Source of the DNA: Octopus vulgaris
Taxonomy: Eukaryota
Length of the DNA stretch: 64,000 bases
Assembly (NCBI GenBank): GCA_951406725.2
Contig: OX597830.1
Span: 76,632,001 to 76,696,000 of the forward strand
Direction of reading: 5' to 3'
Each line of letters opens with the position of its first letter. Positions within the stretch are counted from its first letter, which is position 1. Of this stretch, positions 1 through 13,478 are shown piece after piece. A program made the position numbers and the translations under genes. The notes below the pieces were generated by a model. The model had not been told where the DNA came from. It saw only the letters and a list, made by a program, of their open reading frames with translations, and did no database searches.

Positions 1-718
1 AAGCAAATCTACCATATCTACGATGGAGGTATAAAGTCAGGGAGGGAAGTCATAACAGCAGTATGCATTAAGAAATGTGCAAATGGACTTCATAGATTAT
101 CGGCCGATGCCTTCCAGAAATCGCATTATTGTTGGTGATACAGGGTTGTGTTGCACCTATATGACATGTGTTTGAGACTAAGTGACGTGATGATGATTCA
201 TTCCCGAACTAAATAAGCTCCCAGCCTCTGTATTCTGAAGGGATACGTGGACTACTCCCAACGAAAGCCAGAGCTTCATTTGACCACTACATAAAAAGTA
301 CTAAGAAAAAGTGTTATTTAGATATATTTTTATTTTAGTTGTTTACACTATTTTACGCTTGTTTATACTCTTATACATTCAAAGTTCTCACAATTCCTTA
401 TTTAAATTATGAATCATATTCCTTTCGATAATATCGTAGACAATATTTTCTGTTTGGTCGACACTAATTTTCAAATTATTGTAGTGTGTTCTACTCATAG
501 CGACGTATATATAATTGAACTGTGAAGAGTGTGGATGTTCGTATGTTGTATATAAAAACTATGGTGCTTTAACTATATCGCACGAGGAGTTACAAGGCGG
601 GCAATTTAAACTGGTCGTGTTGCATAGGTGCATATACATGTATGTATACGTTCGTATATGTAAGTATTCGTATGTTGTATATACAAATATATATGTATTT
701 GTGTTACTTTCTGCATAT

Positions 719-777
719 ATTCCACTGAAGAGGCAAAGCATTTCTTAATGCAAAGTCAGAAATCCGGGATCTGGAAT
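719..777 (+). ncRNA. Type I hammerhead ribozyme-like motif (PLE-type)
   Basis: ATTCCA-CTGAAGA-GGC..GTC(A)-GAAA-TCCGGGA-TC-TGGAAT. Stem I is ATTCCA/TGGAAT, the core is canonical and stem III is near-palindromic (ATCCGGGAT). There is one extra A at the base of stem II. A (TA)n tract follows at ~907. Confidence 0.7.
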
Positions 778-951
778 TATTCAGTAATTTTTTGATAGTT
801 TATGTTGTCTTTTTGTCTTCTCTCTTGTGTTGTGTGAACATTTAATGTGGTTTTGGCTGCTGTTTTCAGCATGGTGATATCTCGTAGATAACCTAAGTTA
901 TGAATTATATATATATATGTGTGTGTATGTGTGTGTGTTTGTGTGTGTGTG

Positions 952-988
<37 letters not shown>

Positions 989-1021
989 GCCACGCAGACA
1001 TTTCCAAGTAAGTTTATACAT

Positions 1022-1053
<32 letters not shown>

Positions 1054-1158
1054 CTACACACACCTAAGCACACGCACGCCTGTACATGCACAAACACGCA
1101 TATATGCACACATGCACCCCCTAAACATATATATATGTGTGTGTGTGTATGTGTGTAA

Positions 1159-1206
<48 letters not shown>

Positions 1207-2186
1207 ATAGAGATACATAGATTTATATAAATATCATCTATGTATGTGCGTGTATGTCTACATATATACAAACACACACACACAAACACACACGCACACA
1301 CATACACATACACACACACATATATATATATGCATACATTAGTATGGCAATGCAAACAAGAATAAAAGAACTCAAAATATGAGTACATATATATTCTTTA
1401 ATAATATTTAGCAGAAGCTACAGAGTAACTCAGAATTGAGTTTGATAAGTGGTAACACACGAAACTCTCCGCCCTTGAGGTATCGATTATTTTTAATTAA
1501 ATCCTTATTCATTTTCATTTTTCACAACATATTTACGTTAGGAAAAGTAACGACTGAACATCACAACTTCTCATTTCACGTATCTTTAAATATATATCAG
1601 GAAAGACTCGTGATTAAACAAAAAATGAGAAGAAAACGCAACTAAAAACCAACATATACAAATACATACACAGACATTCACACACATAATCACATACACA
1701 CACACACACATACACACTTACACCCACACACATATATACACAAAAACAAGTTAACAATAACATTAAACAAAAAACGTATACACAAAACTTAATCAGTAAA
1801 AAAGCCAATTTAGCGCTTTTATAAGTTTCCAATTAACACCACGTAAAAGAGGTAATTAAAATCACTAGATTAATTAAGATTTTGCGTGTAAGGTCTTATT
1901 ATGTCAGCTTTAAATATTGGGTGTTGTATTAGTCTTTCTCTTTTGTTCATAATTAATTGTTAACATTGTGTTTATTATTTTAAATTGGTCCTTATTGATC
2001 TCATACTTCGCCGCCTTCTATTTTCGGAAATTTAGGAGGCTACAACTTTATATGTAAAAGAATAATTAGGATGTAATGAAATGTGTGTTATGATACATAA
2101 TTCACGAATGAATATTAAGAAATAAGGTATCCATCCATCTATCTATCTATCTGTCTGAATGCCTGTCTATCTATTTGTCTATCTAC

Positions 2187-2236
<50 letters not shown>

Positions 2237-2264
2237 GTCTGTCTGTCTCTCTATTTATATATAC

Positions 2265-2346
<82 letters not shown>

Positions 2347-2465
2347 TTCAGAGTCATTTCTCATCATGAGTCTGGAGTAGCATGGTCTCTGCCGATGCTT
2401 ATTCGCCTTTGAAAACATATAGTTTTCAAGTGAAATACATTCACTGATTTCGATAATAGAAATAT

Positions 2466-2775
2466 TACATTTCTAGATCTCTCAGAGAGATTTATACAGC
2501 AGCAGCACGATAAAGTGATGATATATTGCCAACTTAATGTGGCAGTCCAATGAAAGGGAATAATGCTACTGCTATTTAGCCCTAGGAAACACTGTTTCCA
2601 CTTGGCTATGGCACATTTCCTGTGTCCTTATGTTTTCAATCCCCCCTTTGTTTCCTAGGGCTAAATAGCAGTAGCATTTTCCCCTTTCATGGGACTGTCA
2701 CATTAAGTTGGCAACATACCATCACTTTATTGTGCTGGTACTGTATAAATCTCTCTGAGACATTTAGAAATGTAT
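2466..2775. repeat. Foldback element with ~125-bp imperfect inverted arms
   Basis: TACATTTCTAGATCTCTCAGAGAG...GCCCTAGGAAACA (2466-2591) is the imperfect reverse complement of 2649-2775, with a ~55-bp spacer. Confidence 0.85.
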
Positions 2776-3057
2776 AGGAGCACTCCGTCGGTTACGACGA
2801 CGTGGATCCCAGCTGATACGATCACCGGAACAGCTTGCTCACGAAATTAACGTGCAAATGGCTGAGTATCCTTAACGTAGTTCTTAGAGTGTGACAAGAC
2901 TGACACTTTGAAATACAGATACTACTCAATATTTGCCAGCTGAGTGGCCTGGAGCAGCGTGAAATAAAGTATCTTGTGCAAGGACACAACGCAACGACGG
3001 GAACTGAACTCACGATAGTGAGCCGTATGGCCTAACCTCTAAACCACGTGCCTTCAC
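2776..3057 (-). mobile_element. tRNA-derived SINE (family C)
   Basis: The minus strand begins GAAGGCACGTGGTTTAGAGGTTAGG (A-box-like)...GAGTTCAGTTCC (B-box-like), then TGTGTCCTTGCACAAGATACTTTATTTCAC. Related sequence occurs at 18965-19290 and 34995-35070. Confidence 0.7.
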
Positions 3058-3069
3058 ACACACGCACAA

Positions 3070-3103
<34 letters not shown>

Positions 3104-3104
3104 A

Positions 3105-3147
<43 letters not shown>

Positions 3148-3352
3148 CAATAAGAAAATGGAGGGGATCAATAGGTGGTTCATCAACTTTTTGACATTAC
3201 ATTATGTTAGCTTATTTATTTACTAAATTGATAATTACAATAATATACATACATATAACATCTTATGCTTTACATATAACATATTAAATATAGTAATATA
3301 TAAGGATACCAGTAGTTATCACAAAATAACAAACATGAATATAAATTGGGAA

Positions 3353-3482
3353 AATAGCTTACAGCTGTTTCAACGAAGAGTTAAAAATACCTCATTCTAC
3401 TTTTACTACTCAAGTGAAGTGAAGTAATAGGTTGATGAAAATGAGGTACTTGGGTATATCTCTAGGCTTCGTCAAAGATTAT
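3353..3482 (-). ncRNA. Degenerate hammerhead motif with long stem II, in a (TA)n-flanked cassette
   Basis: Minus strand: ATAATCT-TTGACGA-AGC..(TACCTCATT/AATGAGGTA inner stem)..GTT-GAAAC-AGCT-GTA-AGCTATT. Confidence 0.6.
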
Positions 3483-3790
3483 AAAGTACATAATGTTAAG
3501 TTATAAATAAATATGAATATATAAATAAAATAAATAAAATATACACACATTTGAATACTCATATATATATAGATATACATATACATGCATATATAGATAA
3601 ACGTAAATGCCTATATATATACCGAAATATACATACATATCTACATTTATAAGCTTTTACAATAATCAGTTATTACTAATATTATTAATATTAGATGCAT
3701 TCTGTTATTCACAATTGGTATGATATAGAATATATAATATAATATAATATAATATAATATAATATATCATATCATATATATATATAATAT

Positions 3791-3836
<46 letters not shown>

Positions 3837-3981
3837 TAAAAAATGGAGTTACGCAGGTGTAATCAAATATTTTTACTTTCGACACATGTTTCGAAGATTC
3901 CACTGATACTATTTTGCTGCCCTGGTAACTATTTTTTTTTCCGTGTTAATTGTTAACACGATAAAAATACACTCATCTATA

Positions 3982-4013
<32 letters not shown>

Positions 4014-4205
4014 CATATATATACATATATACACATACACACGTACATACATGTACGTACATGTAGATATTGCTTACCACGCGTACTGAAGGCAAAAACA
4101 GCCAACCAGCTGATACTATCATGCACAGAAAAATAAGACTTTCATCTACGGACTACTGATTATTATATGATATGCATATTGTGTGTGTGTGCGTGTGTGT
4201 GTGTA

Positions 4206-4262
<57 letters not shown>

Positions 4263-4629
4263 ATTTGTGTGTGTGTGTGTGTGTGTGTGTATTTGCATGT
4301 ACGTATACATACATACAAATATCAGTAATCAAAAACAGGGCTGGAGAACGAAATTCATACAGAAATTGAGAGGATTAGTTGTTATGATGTTTCGGATGCT
4401 GCCCTTCACAAGAAGTTGTGCAATAAAAAAAGATGAGTAAGATGTAGGAGTAAATCTTGCATGTGTGCTTACCCCCCCCCCCGAAAACACCCACCCACCA
4501 TACACACGCATATATATTTACTTGTATGTACGCATGTCTATATTTTCTTATGCACAAGTATAAATATATATGTCTATATATATGAACATATACATACATA
4601 TATATACATAACTATTTCTATATCAACTG

Positions 4630-4671
<42 letters not shown>

Positions 4672-4774
4672 TGGTAAAAACGGTAAGATAACAAAAGAAA
4701 GAAAGAAACCTCAATATTATGTAAATAGAGGAAATTTATCTATAAATTAATATGTTACCATTATTCAAAAGCCA

Positions 4775-4837
4775 AGATAAAACTCTGTGTTTCGGATGCC
4801 GAAGTGGAAATCCACAATACCATCTCTTTGGTTATCT
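4775..4837 (-). ncRNA. Hammerhead-like motif (core CCAAAGA) within a foldback cassette
   Basis: Minus strand: AGATAA-CCAAAGA-GATG..CATC(C)-GAAAC-ACAGA-GTT-TTATCT. It lies within ~40-bp inverted arms (4743-4782/4851-4890) between two (TA)n tracts. Confidence 0.6.
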
Positions 4838-4891
4838 GGCCATCTGAGACTTTTATCTTGGCTATTGAATAATGGCAACATATTAATTTAC

Positions 4892-4936
<45 letters not shown>

Positions 4937-5111
4937 TAAGAAAGTTTGTTTGGTAAAGCACGTGGGTGAATATATAAGAAAATAGTAAAGTGTGAAAAAA
5001 CGACAGAAGGCTTAAATGTTAAAAAATATATATATTTGTGTCAAAATGTCTGGAGAATATTGGAAAAATTTTTTTTCCTTTCCTTAAAATGACATAATTT
5101 TAAAATTTTTA

Positions 5112-5151
5112 AAGAAATTACCGGTTTCGCGTGTAGCTTTTCAAATTTCTT
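5112..5151 (-). ncRNA. Minimal hammerhead ribozyme in the PLE pLTR (U3-A8 core variant)
   Basis: Minus strand: AAGAAAT-TTGAAAA-GC TACAC GC-GAAA-CCGG-TA-ATTTCTT. Confidence 0.75.
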
Positions 5152-5288
5152 GTAACGTTATGTTTATATTGCATGGAATTATCGTTGTTTTTATTTCCAG
5201 GAGATTTCTAAATAAGGGGAGGTAGTGAGTGATTTTTTCCGGTGTAGGGGAGATAATCGCTTAAAAATTTTTTTTTCCCTTTTCCTTG

Positions 5289-6226
5289 TTAATTTCTCTG
5301 TGTCAGTATGTTCGGATGGTTGAGTCTGGGTTTGTACTTTTCAATGAAGAATGTTTCCTTGTTCAGTCTCATTTGTGTTGATGATCCGAAAGCACATTGG
5401 TAAAATGGGAAGATTAAAAATTGTGGCAGTAGTTGCTTTGCGCATTTCTCAATGTGCTCACTAAAAGGTATCATTCTATATTCTGGGAATGCAATCTGTT
5501 GTCGATGCAGTGTGCATCTGCGCCTGAGTGATAGTCCCGTGGAACCCACGTAGTCTTGGTGGCAGCCCGAGCATTTAATAACATAAATTATGTTTTCAGA
5601 GGCACAAGTAAAGTTAGATTTGATCTTAAATTTCTGTCCCTCTTTAAAGAAGAATTCTGATCCTTCCAATAGGTTAGGACATGTTGCACAGTTCGATCTA
5701 CCACATTTTTTTACTTTTGCATCCCTAATTTTAGAAGACAATTTTGCCTTTGTGAGAATCTTTTAAGTGATTTAGGCTGTTTGTAGCTTTTAATGATTTG
5801 GTGTATGTTTAGAATTTCCTTTAATTTTGGGTTTTTATGAAGTATTGGTAAATTCTGGGTGATGATGGTGAAGGCTTCTTTGTTTCTGGGGTTGTATGTA
5901 GATATGTAAGGTAGTATTTTCGGGGAAGGTGTGTTGTTGTGTTGAACTTTTCTTAAAGTTTCTATGTTGATTTCTGTTGCACGTCTGATCCCATCCTCTA
6001 TGAGTTGAGCTGGGTAATGTCTGTCAATTAGGGTGTTTTTGAGTTCTTGCAGTCTAAAGTTCCTGGTATTTTGTTCTGACACTATCGTGCATATCCTTCT
6101 TGCAAGGTTGAAGGGGATGTTTGTTTTAGTGTGTCTTGGGTGGCATGAATTAAAAAGAAGGTATTGTTTGGCGTCTGTGGCTTTGTAAAAAATGTCTGTT
6201 TCTATTTTAAGGTTAATTTTTTTATA
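5289..6226 (-). pseudogene. Penelope RT thumb + Cys-rich linker + GIY-YIG endonuclease (one frameshift near 5755)
   Basis: TDIFYKATDAKQYLLFNSCHPRHTKTNIPFNLARRI (PLE thumb), KKCGRSNCATCPNL (Cys linker), NIIYVIKCSGCHQDYVGST..LRRRCTLH..SEH..ETFFIEKYKPRLN (GIY-YIG with CCHH). It is split over ORFs 5711..6274 and 5289..5741. Confidence 0.92.
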
Positions 6227-6553
6227 TATAGAATGATACCTTTTAGTGAGCACATTGAGAAATGCGCAAAGCAACTACTGCCACAATTTTTAATCTTCCC
6301 ATTTTACCAATGTGCTTTCGGATCATCAACACAAATGAGACTGAACAAGGAAACATTCTTCATTGAAAAGTACAAACCCAGACTCAACCATCCGAACATA
6401 CTGACACAGAGAAATTAACAAGGAAAAGGGAAAAAAAAATTTTAAGCGATTATCTCCCCTACACCGGAAAAATCACTCACTACCTCCCCTTATTTAGAAA
6501 TCTCCTGGAAATAAAAACAACGATAATTCCATGCAATATAAACATAACGTCAC

Positions 6554-6593
6554 AAGAAATTTGAAAAGCTACACGCGAAACCGGTAATTTCTT
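6554..6593 (+). ncRNA. Minimal hammerhead ribozyme in the inverted PLE pLTR (U3-A8 core variant)
   Basis: AAGAAAT-TTGAAAA-GC TACAC GC-GAAA-CCGG-TA-ATTTCTT, with a 7-bp stem I, palindromic stem III (ACCGGT) and a GUA cleavage triplet. Confidence 0.75.
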
Positions 6594-6753
6594 TAAAAAT
6601 TTTAAAATTATGTCATTTTAAGGAAAGGAAAAAAAATTTTCCAATATTCTCCAGACATTTTGACACAAATATATATATTTTTTTAACATTTAAGCCTTCT
6701 GTCGTTTTTTCCCACTTTACTATTTTCTTATATATATATATATATATATACAG

Positions 6754-6816
<63 letters not shown>

Positions 6817-6870
6817 CATATATATCGTGTGAGATAGATAGATAGATACATACATACATACACACACACA

Positions 6871-6922
<52 letters not shown>

Positions 6923-7446
6923 TAAATTTCGCACATCGCACAGTCATGTACTCCTTCTATTTCACAGGTGCCGTGGACTCAAAAGTGAGACCACGCAAAC
7001 CATGCATTTGACCATCAGACCTCTTAATCACTCAATGAATTCTATAAACTTCTGACGCAACATAAATCAGTATTTTGCTAAACAAAAATACATAAAAAAT
7101 AAAACTGTAGTCATTTATTAGTTTCTCAATTAACGATATTTTCGTGTACAATGCAAATGAAATTGCTATCATATTGCAGCTGTTTCGTAAGACTTTAGAG
7201 TAAACACGAAAATACATAAATAAATATGGAGACAAGGACTTATTTCTTTAATGGAGAACCATTTTCAAAGTTTGTTTGATGCTGTATTTCCTTTTGTGTA
7301 GCGATAATAAAGTTACTTTAATTAATTTATATATTTATTTCCTGATGACTTAGCATCGGCGAATTATTCAATGTATTTCAGCCATTTTGATTCTCATTTT
7401 TCATTGATATTTCTGTTGTTGTTTTTATTCCATTATTCTTGTTGCT

Positions 7447-7678
7447 CGAGCTGGCAGAAACGTTAGCACGTCGGGCGAAATGCGTAGCCGTATTTCGTCT
7501 GCGGCTAAGTTCTGAGTTCAAATTCCTCCGAGGTCAACTTTGCCTTTCATCCTTTTGGGGTCGATTAAATAAGTACCCTGTTACGCACTGGGGTCGATAT
7601 ACTCAACTTAATCCATTTGTCTCTCCTTATTTGTCCTCTCTGTGTTTAGCCCCTTGTGGGTAGTAAAGAAATAGGTAT
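7447..7678 (+). mobile_element. SINE family B
   Basis: GAGCTGGCAGAAACGTTAGCAC..GAGTTCAAATTCC (B-box)..GAGGTCAACTTTGCCTTTCATCCTTTTGGGGTCG..; there are more than 15 copies or fragments in the window. Confidence 0.85.
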
Positions 7679-7679
7679 T

Positions 7680-7793
7680 GTTTCCAACTTCATGTCCCAT
7701 ATCTTGAATACTTCTATTTGACAATTTCTCCATTTCTTTTGGGGTAATATTTTGATCAGAAGGAATTGCAATGTCTGTCAGTAAGCATGTCTT

Positions 7794-7841
<48 letters not shown>

Positions 7842-8720
7842 CAATCCTTGATTATTATGTCTGGGCATTTAGCTTTGATTTCTTTGTCAGTTGGAACAGA
7901 CATGTCCCAGTTGACTATAGCTTTATTGTTGTCATGTACCAGACTGTGGTCTGTCTAGCATTCCGATCCTTGAAAGGACTTGACATTCCAAATGTTATAG
8001 ATGTCATGCTTACGGATGATGACATAATCCAGCAAGTGCCAAACTTTAGACCTTGGAAGCATCCACATTGTTGCATGATCACATTTTTGCATAAAATGAG
8101 TGCTTACGATGTGAAGTCCATATTCACCACAAAGCTCCAACAGCATGAGACCATTGTTATTCATTTTCCTATACCAAAACGTCCTAGAGAGTTCCATGCT
8201 TGCCAGTCTGTTCCAGCCCTGGCACTGAAACACCCCAGTAGAATGACTTTATCAGAATTGGGGATTTTCCTAAGTATGGCTCTCAGCCGGGTATAATAGT
8301 TTTATCTTCATCACAAGTCAAAGTAGCTGCATACGCACTTTTAGAACTTCTTAGGGATATCAGATCGAACTGCAAAGCCAACACAAACTTCTCTGTGCTC
8401 CTCCTTATGCCTCCCCTTCCAAAAACAGGTGTATCCACCCCCTACTTCCTCAAGCTGACCATCACCTTCTATATGAGTGTTCTCATTCCAACAGGAAATG
8501 TTCAAGTTCCATCCAGATTTTGTAAATAAAAGTCTCTGTTTTTCGAGCACAAGGTGAACATCCGTCAGTCGCGCTAAACTGACCCGATATAGAAAGAAAG
8601 ACAATTTTTGGTTCACCTTTACTCGAACATCTCCAGCCACCGGGTTAGCAGTGCCCTCTCCAAATGCAGCAACCGAATTCTGCCGCTGTCATGAGCGACA
8701 AAGAGACGGCTTCATATCTA
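7680..8720 (-). pseudogene. RTE-clade LINE, decayed AP-endonuclease region
   Basis: Translations GQLEEVGGGYTCFWKGR..HREVCVGFAVRSDI and NNNGLMLLELCGEYGLHIVSTHF..TMWMLPRSKVWHLLDYVIIRKHD match RTE endonuclease motifs. The region contains stops and frameshifts. Confidence 0.85.
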
Positions 8721-8969
8721 GCATGGGCCGCCCACGTGCAGGTCGCTGACTACATGCATCCAACCCGTCAGGTCTGCATGCTTCACCACGTGCCCATCGC
8801 CGCAGGACTTCCGAATAAAAGTAAAATAAATACATACTAAATAGAAATAAATACATAAGTATATATTATAAATAAATAAATATATAAATATATAATAAAA
8901 ATAAAGATACATACATACTGAAAATAAAATAAAAAATATTTTTTTGGGGAAAAGCAACATATATTGAGC

Positions 8970-9470
8970 AGAGGCCAGCAAAGCCTGTGCAGAGTTTTAT
9001 GTTTCAATAAGGCATGTACGACAGCTCATAGGCCCTCTCCACTTTATTGACATTATCCAGAGACAAGCGAGAGCAAGATGTTTGGTGCCAATATGAGTCG
9101 CAGGCTCAGGGATGTGGGAGCGCCATGATCTCTAACACAAATCAAAGATCCCCAAAATGTCCAATGTCATTCCCTGCTTATCAGAGTGTCCTTCCCCTAG
9201 AGACATGCTTCAACAGAAGCTGAGGGGTGCCTCACTCTCAGTGGTCTTTCAGCACGCCGGACACCATCCCGGAAATTCTACATACTCGTGCTATTGCTAG
9301 ATAGCCGTTGAGACTGCTATAGGTTCATCCGCTCTTTCAACAGGTCTTGTTTTTAATCCTGCTGGGTTTCTAGCAACCATCGTCACCAGGATAGCCCGGT
9401 GATGGTGCCGGTTTAGTCACCGACAACCCGACAATGTGACTGGTTGTACTGGATTCCATATTACCAGTAG
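8970..9470 (-). mobile_element. Probable 5' portion/UTR of the adjacent RTE element
   Basis: GC-richer non-microsatellite stretch directly upstream (minus sense) of the RTE endonuclease, separated by an AT-rich insert. The assignment rests on position only. Confidence 0.35.
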
Positions 9471-9568
9471 CAATTATGGGAGCCTCATAAGTGAATATGT
9501 ATATATATGCATACATATATATGTATATATATATATATACTTAAACACATATATATGTATATATGTAA

Positions 9569-9618
<50 letters not shown>

Positions 9619-9659
9619 TATAAACATATAAATACATATAAGTAACCTGACATATATAT

Positions 9660-9701
<42 letters not shown>

Positions 9702-9825
9702 GACATATATATATATATCTATGTACATACATATATAGATATATAGATATATATATACATATATATATATAATTGAACACGCACACATATATACAAATAT
9801 ATATGTCTATGTATACATACATACA

Positions 9826-10200
9826 TTGCTATAACACCTGTTAGCAACTTCCACATCAGTGGTAGGCAGGTTATTGGTCGGTGGTTACTGGCTATATTTC
9901 CTTTCTTTTGATCTTTCACTATTAACATCGTCCTGCCTTTCGCCATCCATTGAGGAACATCTCCTGTGTCAATACAACTATTTAGTTAGGTGCTCATTCT
10001 ATCATGAAGTGCGGTGAAACGTTTCAGCCAAAACCCTTTGTCCAAATCCGGTCCTGGGAAGTTCCACTTTGGTATTCCTTTCAAGATATTTTTTTAAAAT
10101 TTCTCCTGCGATCATTGTTTTTCTCTTTTGGTAATTCTGTGTTATTTTCCTTTATCTTCTTTAACCATTCTGCATCACCATTGTGCATGTCTTAGTATCA
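9826..10200 (-). pseudogene. Dong/R4-type (RLE) non-LTR retrotransposon RT fragment
   Basis: [40 protein letters not shown] matches the GRT.LI.K..NYRPITCLP..WKLLTG motif. Upstream codons give a degenerate PGPD..GFWLK. Confidence 0.8.
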
Positions 10201-10244
10201 CTACTAAGCATTATTAGGGGAATTCTGCTTCAAATTGAACCAAT

Positions 10245-10615
10245 CCTGACTGTGTGGTAAGAAATTTTCTTCCCAGCGTCACGGGCCTGAGTTCATTCCC
10301 AATGCGTGGTACATAGCCTCAGACCAACCACAATTTTATGAGTCCGTCGTATATATTTATATGTGTGTGTGTGTGGGGGGGAGTCTGTGTGTTTGAGTGT
10401 TTGTGTCAATGTTTATAGTATACCACCGCTTGACAACCGGTGTTGTTGCGTTTACGTCTCGCAACATGGTGGTTTGGGAAATGTGACACATAAATTTTAG
10501 TATCAGGTTTAAAAAGAAAATAAGTACCATAATCAATTAGTTCAACTAAAATTTCTCAAGGTGACACCTCAGTATGGCCCACTTCTAATGACTAAAACAA
10601 GTATAAAATAGAAGA
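10245..10615 (+). mobile_element. Diverged SINE family A copy
   Basis: CTGTGTGGTAAG head, CGCTTGACAACCGGTG body, and GTATGGCC..AATGACTAAAACAAGT tail. Confidence 0.65.
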
Positions 10616-10886
10616 CAAAAATATACAAATGTACCAAACATCCCAGAGAAAGCGGCACCGTGAAACTTCAAATGCGACTGACGCTTCCCTAAACGTTAAA
10701 TGGTATATATATACATACACATGTATACACACACATACGATTATCTAAGTATACATACTTTCGTTTATACACATATATATCATATATCAACATTTCCTTA
10801 CAGATCTAACAACTTCAATTAGGTTATAGGGAGAATATATAACGAAATCAAAGTAATTACGGATATTACACGGGCTATATATATAT

Positions 10887-10947
<61 letters not shown>

Positions 10948-11877
10948 CATGCATGTATGGATAATTGCATATCCATATATATATATATATGTATATATAT
11001 TTTATATATATATATATATATGTATGTATATATATTGTGTGTATATATATATACATACATGTGTATATATATATATCAGTATATATGTATATATATACAT
11101 TTATATATATATATACACGTGTGTATATGTATATATGTATAAATACATACACACACACACGCAGACAAACACATATGTATGCTAGTGTGTTTATGTGGTT
11201 GTCGGTACGTGTGTGCGCGAGCGCGCTTAATAGTAGAGGAAGGTTGAGAAAGGGACGAAATGATTGAGTATTACTTACATGTACTACGCACGCACGTGCA
11301 CACACACACACACATCTTTATCTATATGCGTATGCATATATTTATATATATATATGAATATATGTACGGATTCAAATATATCTGCATGTACATATACATA
11401 CATTCATACATTTATATTCATATAATTGCATATCACAAATATTAATTTTTCATATCATTCAAAAACGTCCATTCTACGATGACTCATTTTCGTTTCTATA
11501 ACTCTATTCGAATGAAACCCGAGGATTTCCCATTATAACTCTGCATGTTAATATAACAAGCTAATTAAGTAAGGAGAGAGATAATAAATAACTTTATATA
11601 TACACCCATTCGAACATACACAAAATACATTACAATACATTACAAGCACATACATACATATATACATGTATGTATGTATATATACGTATATACATACATA
11701 TATATGTGTGTGTATGTGAATGTAGTTGTATATATATGTATATATAGATATATATATATACATACATATGCATACATATATATATATATGCATACACACA
11801 CAAACACACACACACACATACACACACATACACACATATATACACATATATACACATACACACACACAAACACATAT

Positions 11878-11912
<35 letters not shown>

Positions 11913-11928
11913 CATATGTATACACATA

Positions 11929-11969
<41 letters not shown>

Positions 11970-11972
11970 TAC

Positions 11973-12099
<127 letters not shown>

Positions 12100-12537
12100 T
12101 GTATGTATGTATGTCTTTAAGAATGATTGGGATGATTTATGCGAGCTGACAGCCTAATGTGTTTATAACCTTCCTGAAATTCTAGAATTTTCCTTCAGGT
12201 TTTTGAAAAATGTTTAGAGATAAACGAAAAAATAAAAATCTCTAAACTTCTTATTTTGTATTTAAGTTGCAGCATATTTAGAATTACAAACGAACAAGAA
12301 ATAGGCGCCTATCTCCAGTTTTGTTTTATCGCATGAAGCAACTTAATGCAGATCAAATATTTTCCCCCTATAACCTTCTCCCGATATTTTGGTAAGGGAC
12401 CTGGTCTAGAATACATGGTGTTGCATTCCCGATAGTACGATCGTCGTTTCGATTCACGGAGTAGTCAGTGAACTTCCGTTCTTATGCAAAACACCTCATT
12501 TGCAAGTGTTTTATAGTGGTAAGAAGATCGCTTCTTA

Positions 12538-12757
12538 GGCGAGCTGGCAGAAACGCTAGCACACTGGGCGAAATGCGTAACCGTATTTCGTCTGCCGTTA
12601 CTTTCTGAGTTCAAATTCCGCCGAGGTCGACTTTGCCTTTTCGTCCTTTCGGGGTCGATAAATTAAGTACCAGTTACGCACTGGGGTCGATGTAATCGAC
12701 TTAATACCTTTGTTTGTCCCCTCTATGTTTAGCCCCTTGTGGATAATAAAGAAATAA
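12538..12757 (+). mobile_element. SINE family B
   Basis: GGCGAGCTGGCAGAAACGCTAGCAC..CCGAGGTCGACTTTGCC..TAATAAAGAAATA. Confidence 0.85.
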
Positions 12758-12916
12758 GAAGATCACTTCTCATCCATGCCGTCTTTCCACCATGTGGTTC
12801 TGCAGTTCAATCCCATTGCATGGGACCCTGGGTAAAGCTATCTTCCACTATTGCCCCGGAATGACCAAAGTCTTGTGGGTGAATCTAGTTGGCAGAAACT
12901 GAAAGAAGACCCTCTC

Positions 12917-12949
<33 letters not shown>

Positions 12950-12950
12950 G

Positions 12951-13195
12951 CATCGTCCGTTTTTCTGTCCCTGTTTCGTATACATTCGATCCTTCTTCCA
13001 AGAAATCTAGTGCTCGTGGCTTAGTTATTCCTTGGGGCTGGCCGGATCGGAGCGATCTCAAGATTAATCAGCCGAAATTGCGAAGATGATCCGGTTCTTG
13101 ACTGAAGATTGAGGGCTTCGAATGTCCCGTCCCTGTTTTTTGTATCGTCTTCTAAGTGTTTTGCGTTCTTGTCCCAGTTTGTATTTTTCTACATA
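12951..13195 (+). repeat. Unclassified dispersed repeat (3 copies in window)
   Basis: CATCGTCCGTTTT..GTATACATTCG..TTCCAAG(A/G)AATCTA..GCTTAGTT..TCCTTGGGGCTGGCC..ATCTCAAGATTAATCAGCCGA, also seen at ~38725-38980 and 43357-43482. Confidence 0.75.
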
Positions 13196-13206
13196 TAATA
13201 ATAATA

Positions 13207-13250
<44 letters not shown>

Positions 13251-13304
13251 ATTTATGTATGTATATATAACCTGGTCTGATATATGTATGTGTATGCATG
13301 TTTG

Positions 13305-13472
13305 TGTGTCTCTGTGCTCTCATCATCGCTTGACAACCGATTTTGGTGTGTTTACGTCCCCGTAACTTAGTGGTTCGGCCAAAGAGACCGATAGCATAAG
13401 CACTAGGCTTTGTTCGACGAAAAGCGGTGCTCGAGCATGGATACAGTCGAAGGACTGAAAAAATAAAAGAAT
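13305..13472 (+). mobile_element. SINE family A 3' half
   Basis: CATCGCTTGACAACCGA..CCCCGTAACTTAG..GCGGTGCTCGAGCATGG..CAGTCGAAGGACTGAAA; a diverged head lies at ~12790-12915. Confidence 0.75.
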
Positions 13473-13478
13473 ATATAT

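Larger units (their letters stand above)
4935..6733 (-). mobile_element. Penelope-like retroelement (Neptune-type), 5'-truncated, with inverted pseudo-LTR
   Basis: RT-thumb and GIY-YIG coding sequence on the minus strand. 6227-6733 is a near-perfect reverse complement of 4972-5480. (TA)n lies on both flanks and each arm holds an HHR. Confidence 0.93.

Noticed and set aside
1-300. Possible retrotransposon 3' fragment at the window start
   Set aside because: Only a vague resemblance, with no motif I could read convincingly.
6164-6418. Independent 84-aa gene
   Set aside because: It is the inverted pLTR copy of the GIY-YIG C-terminus fused to antisense sequence.
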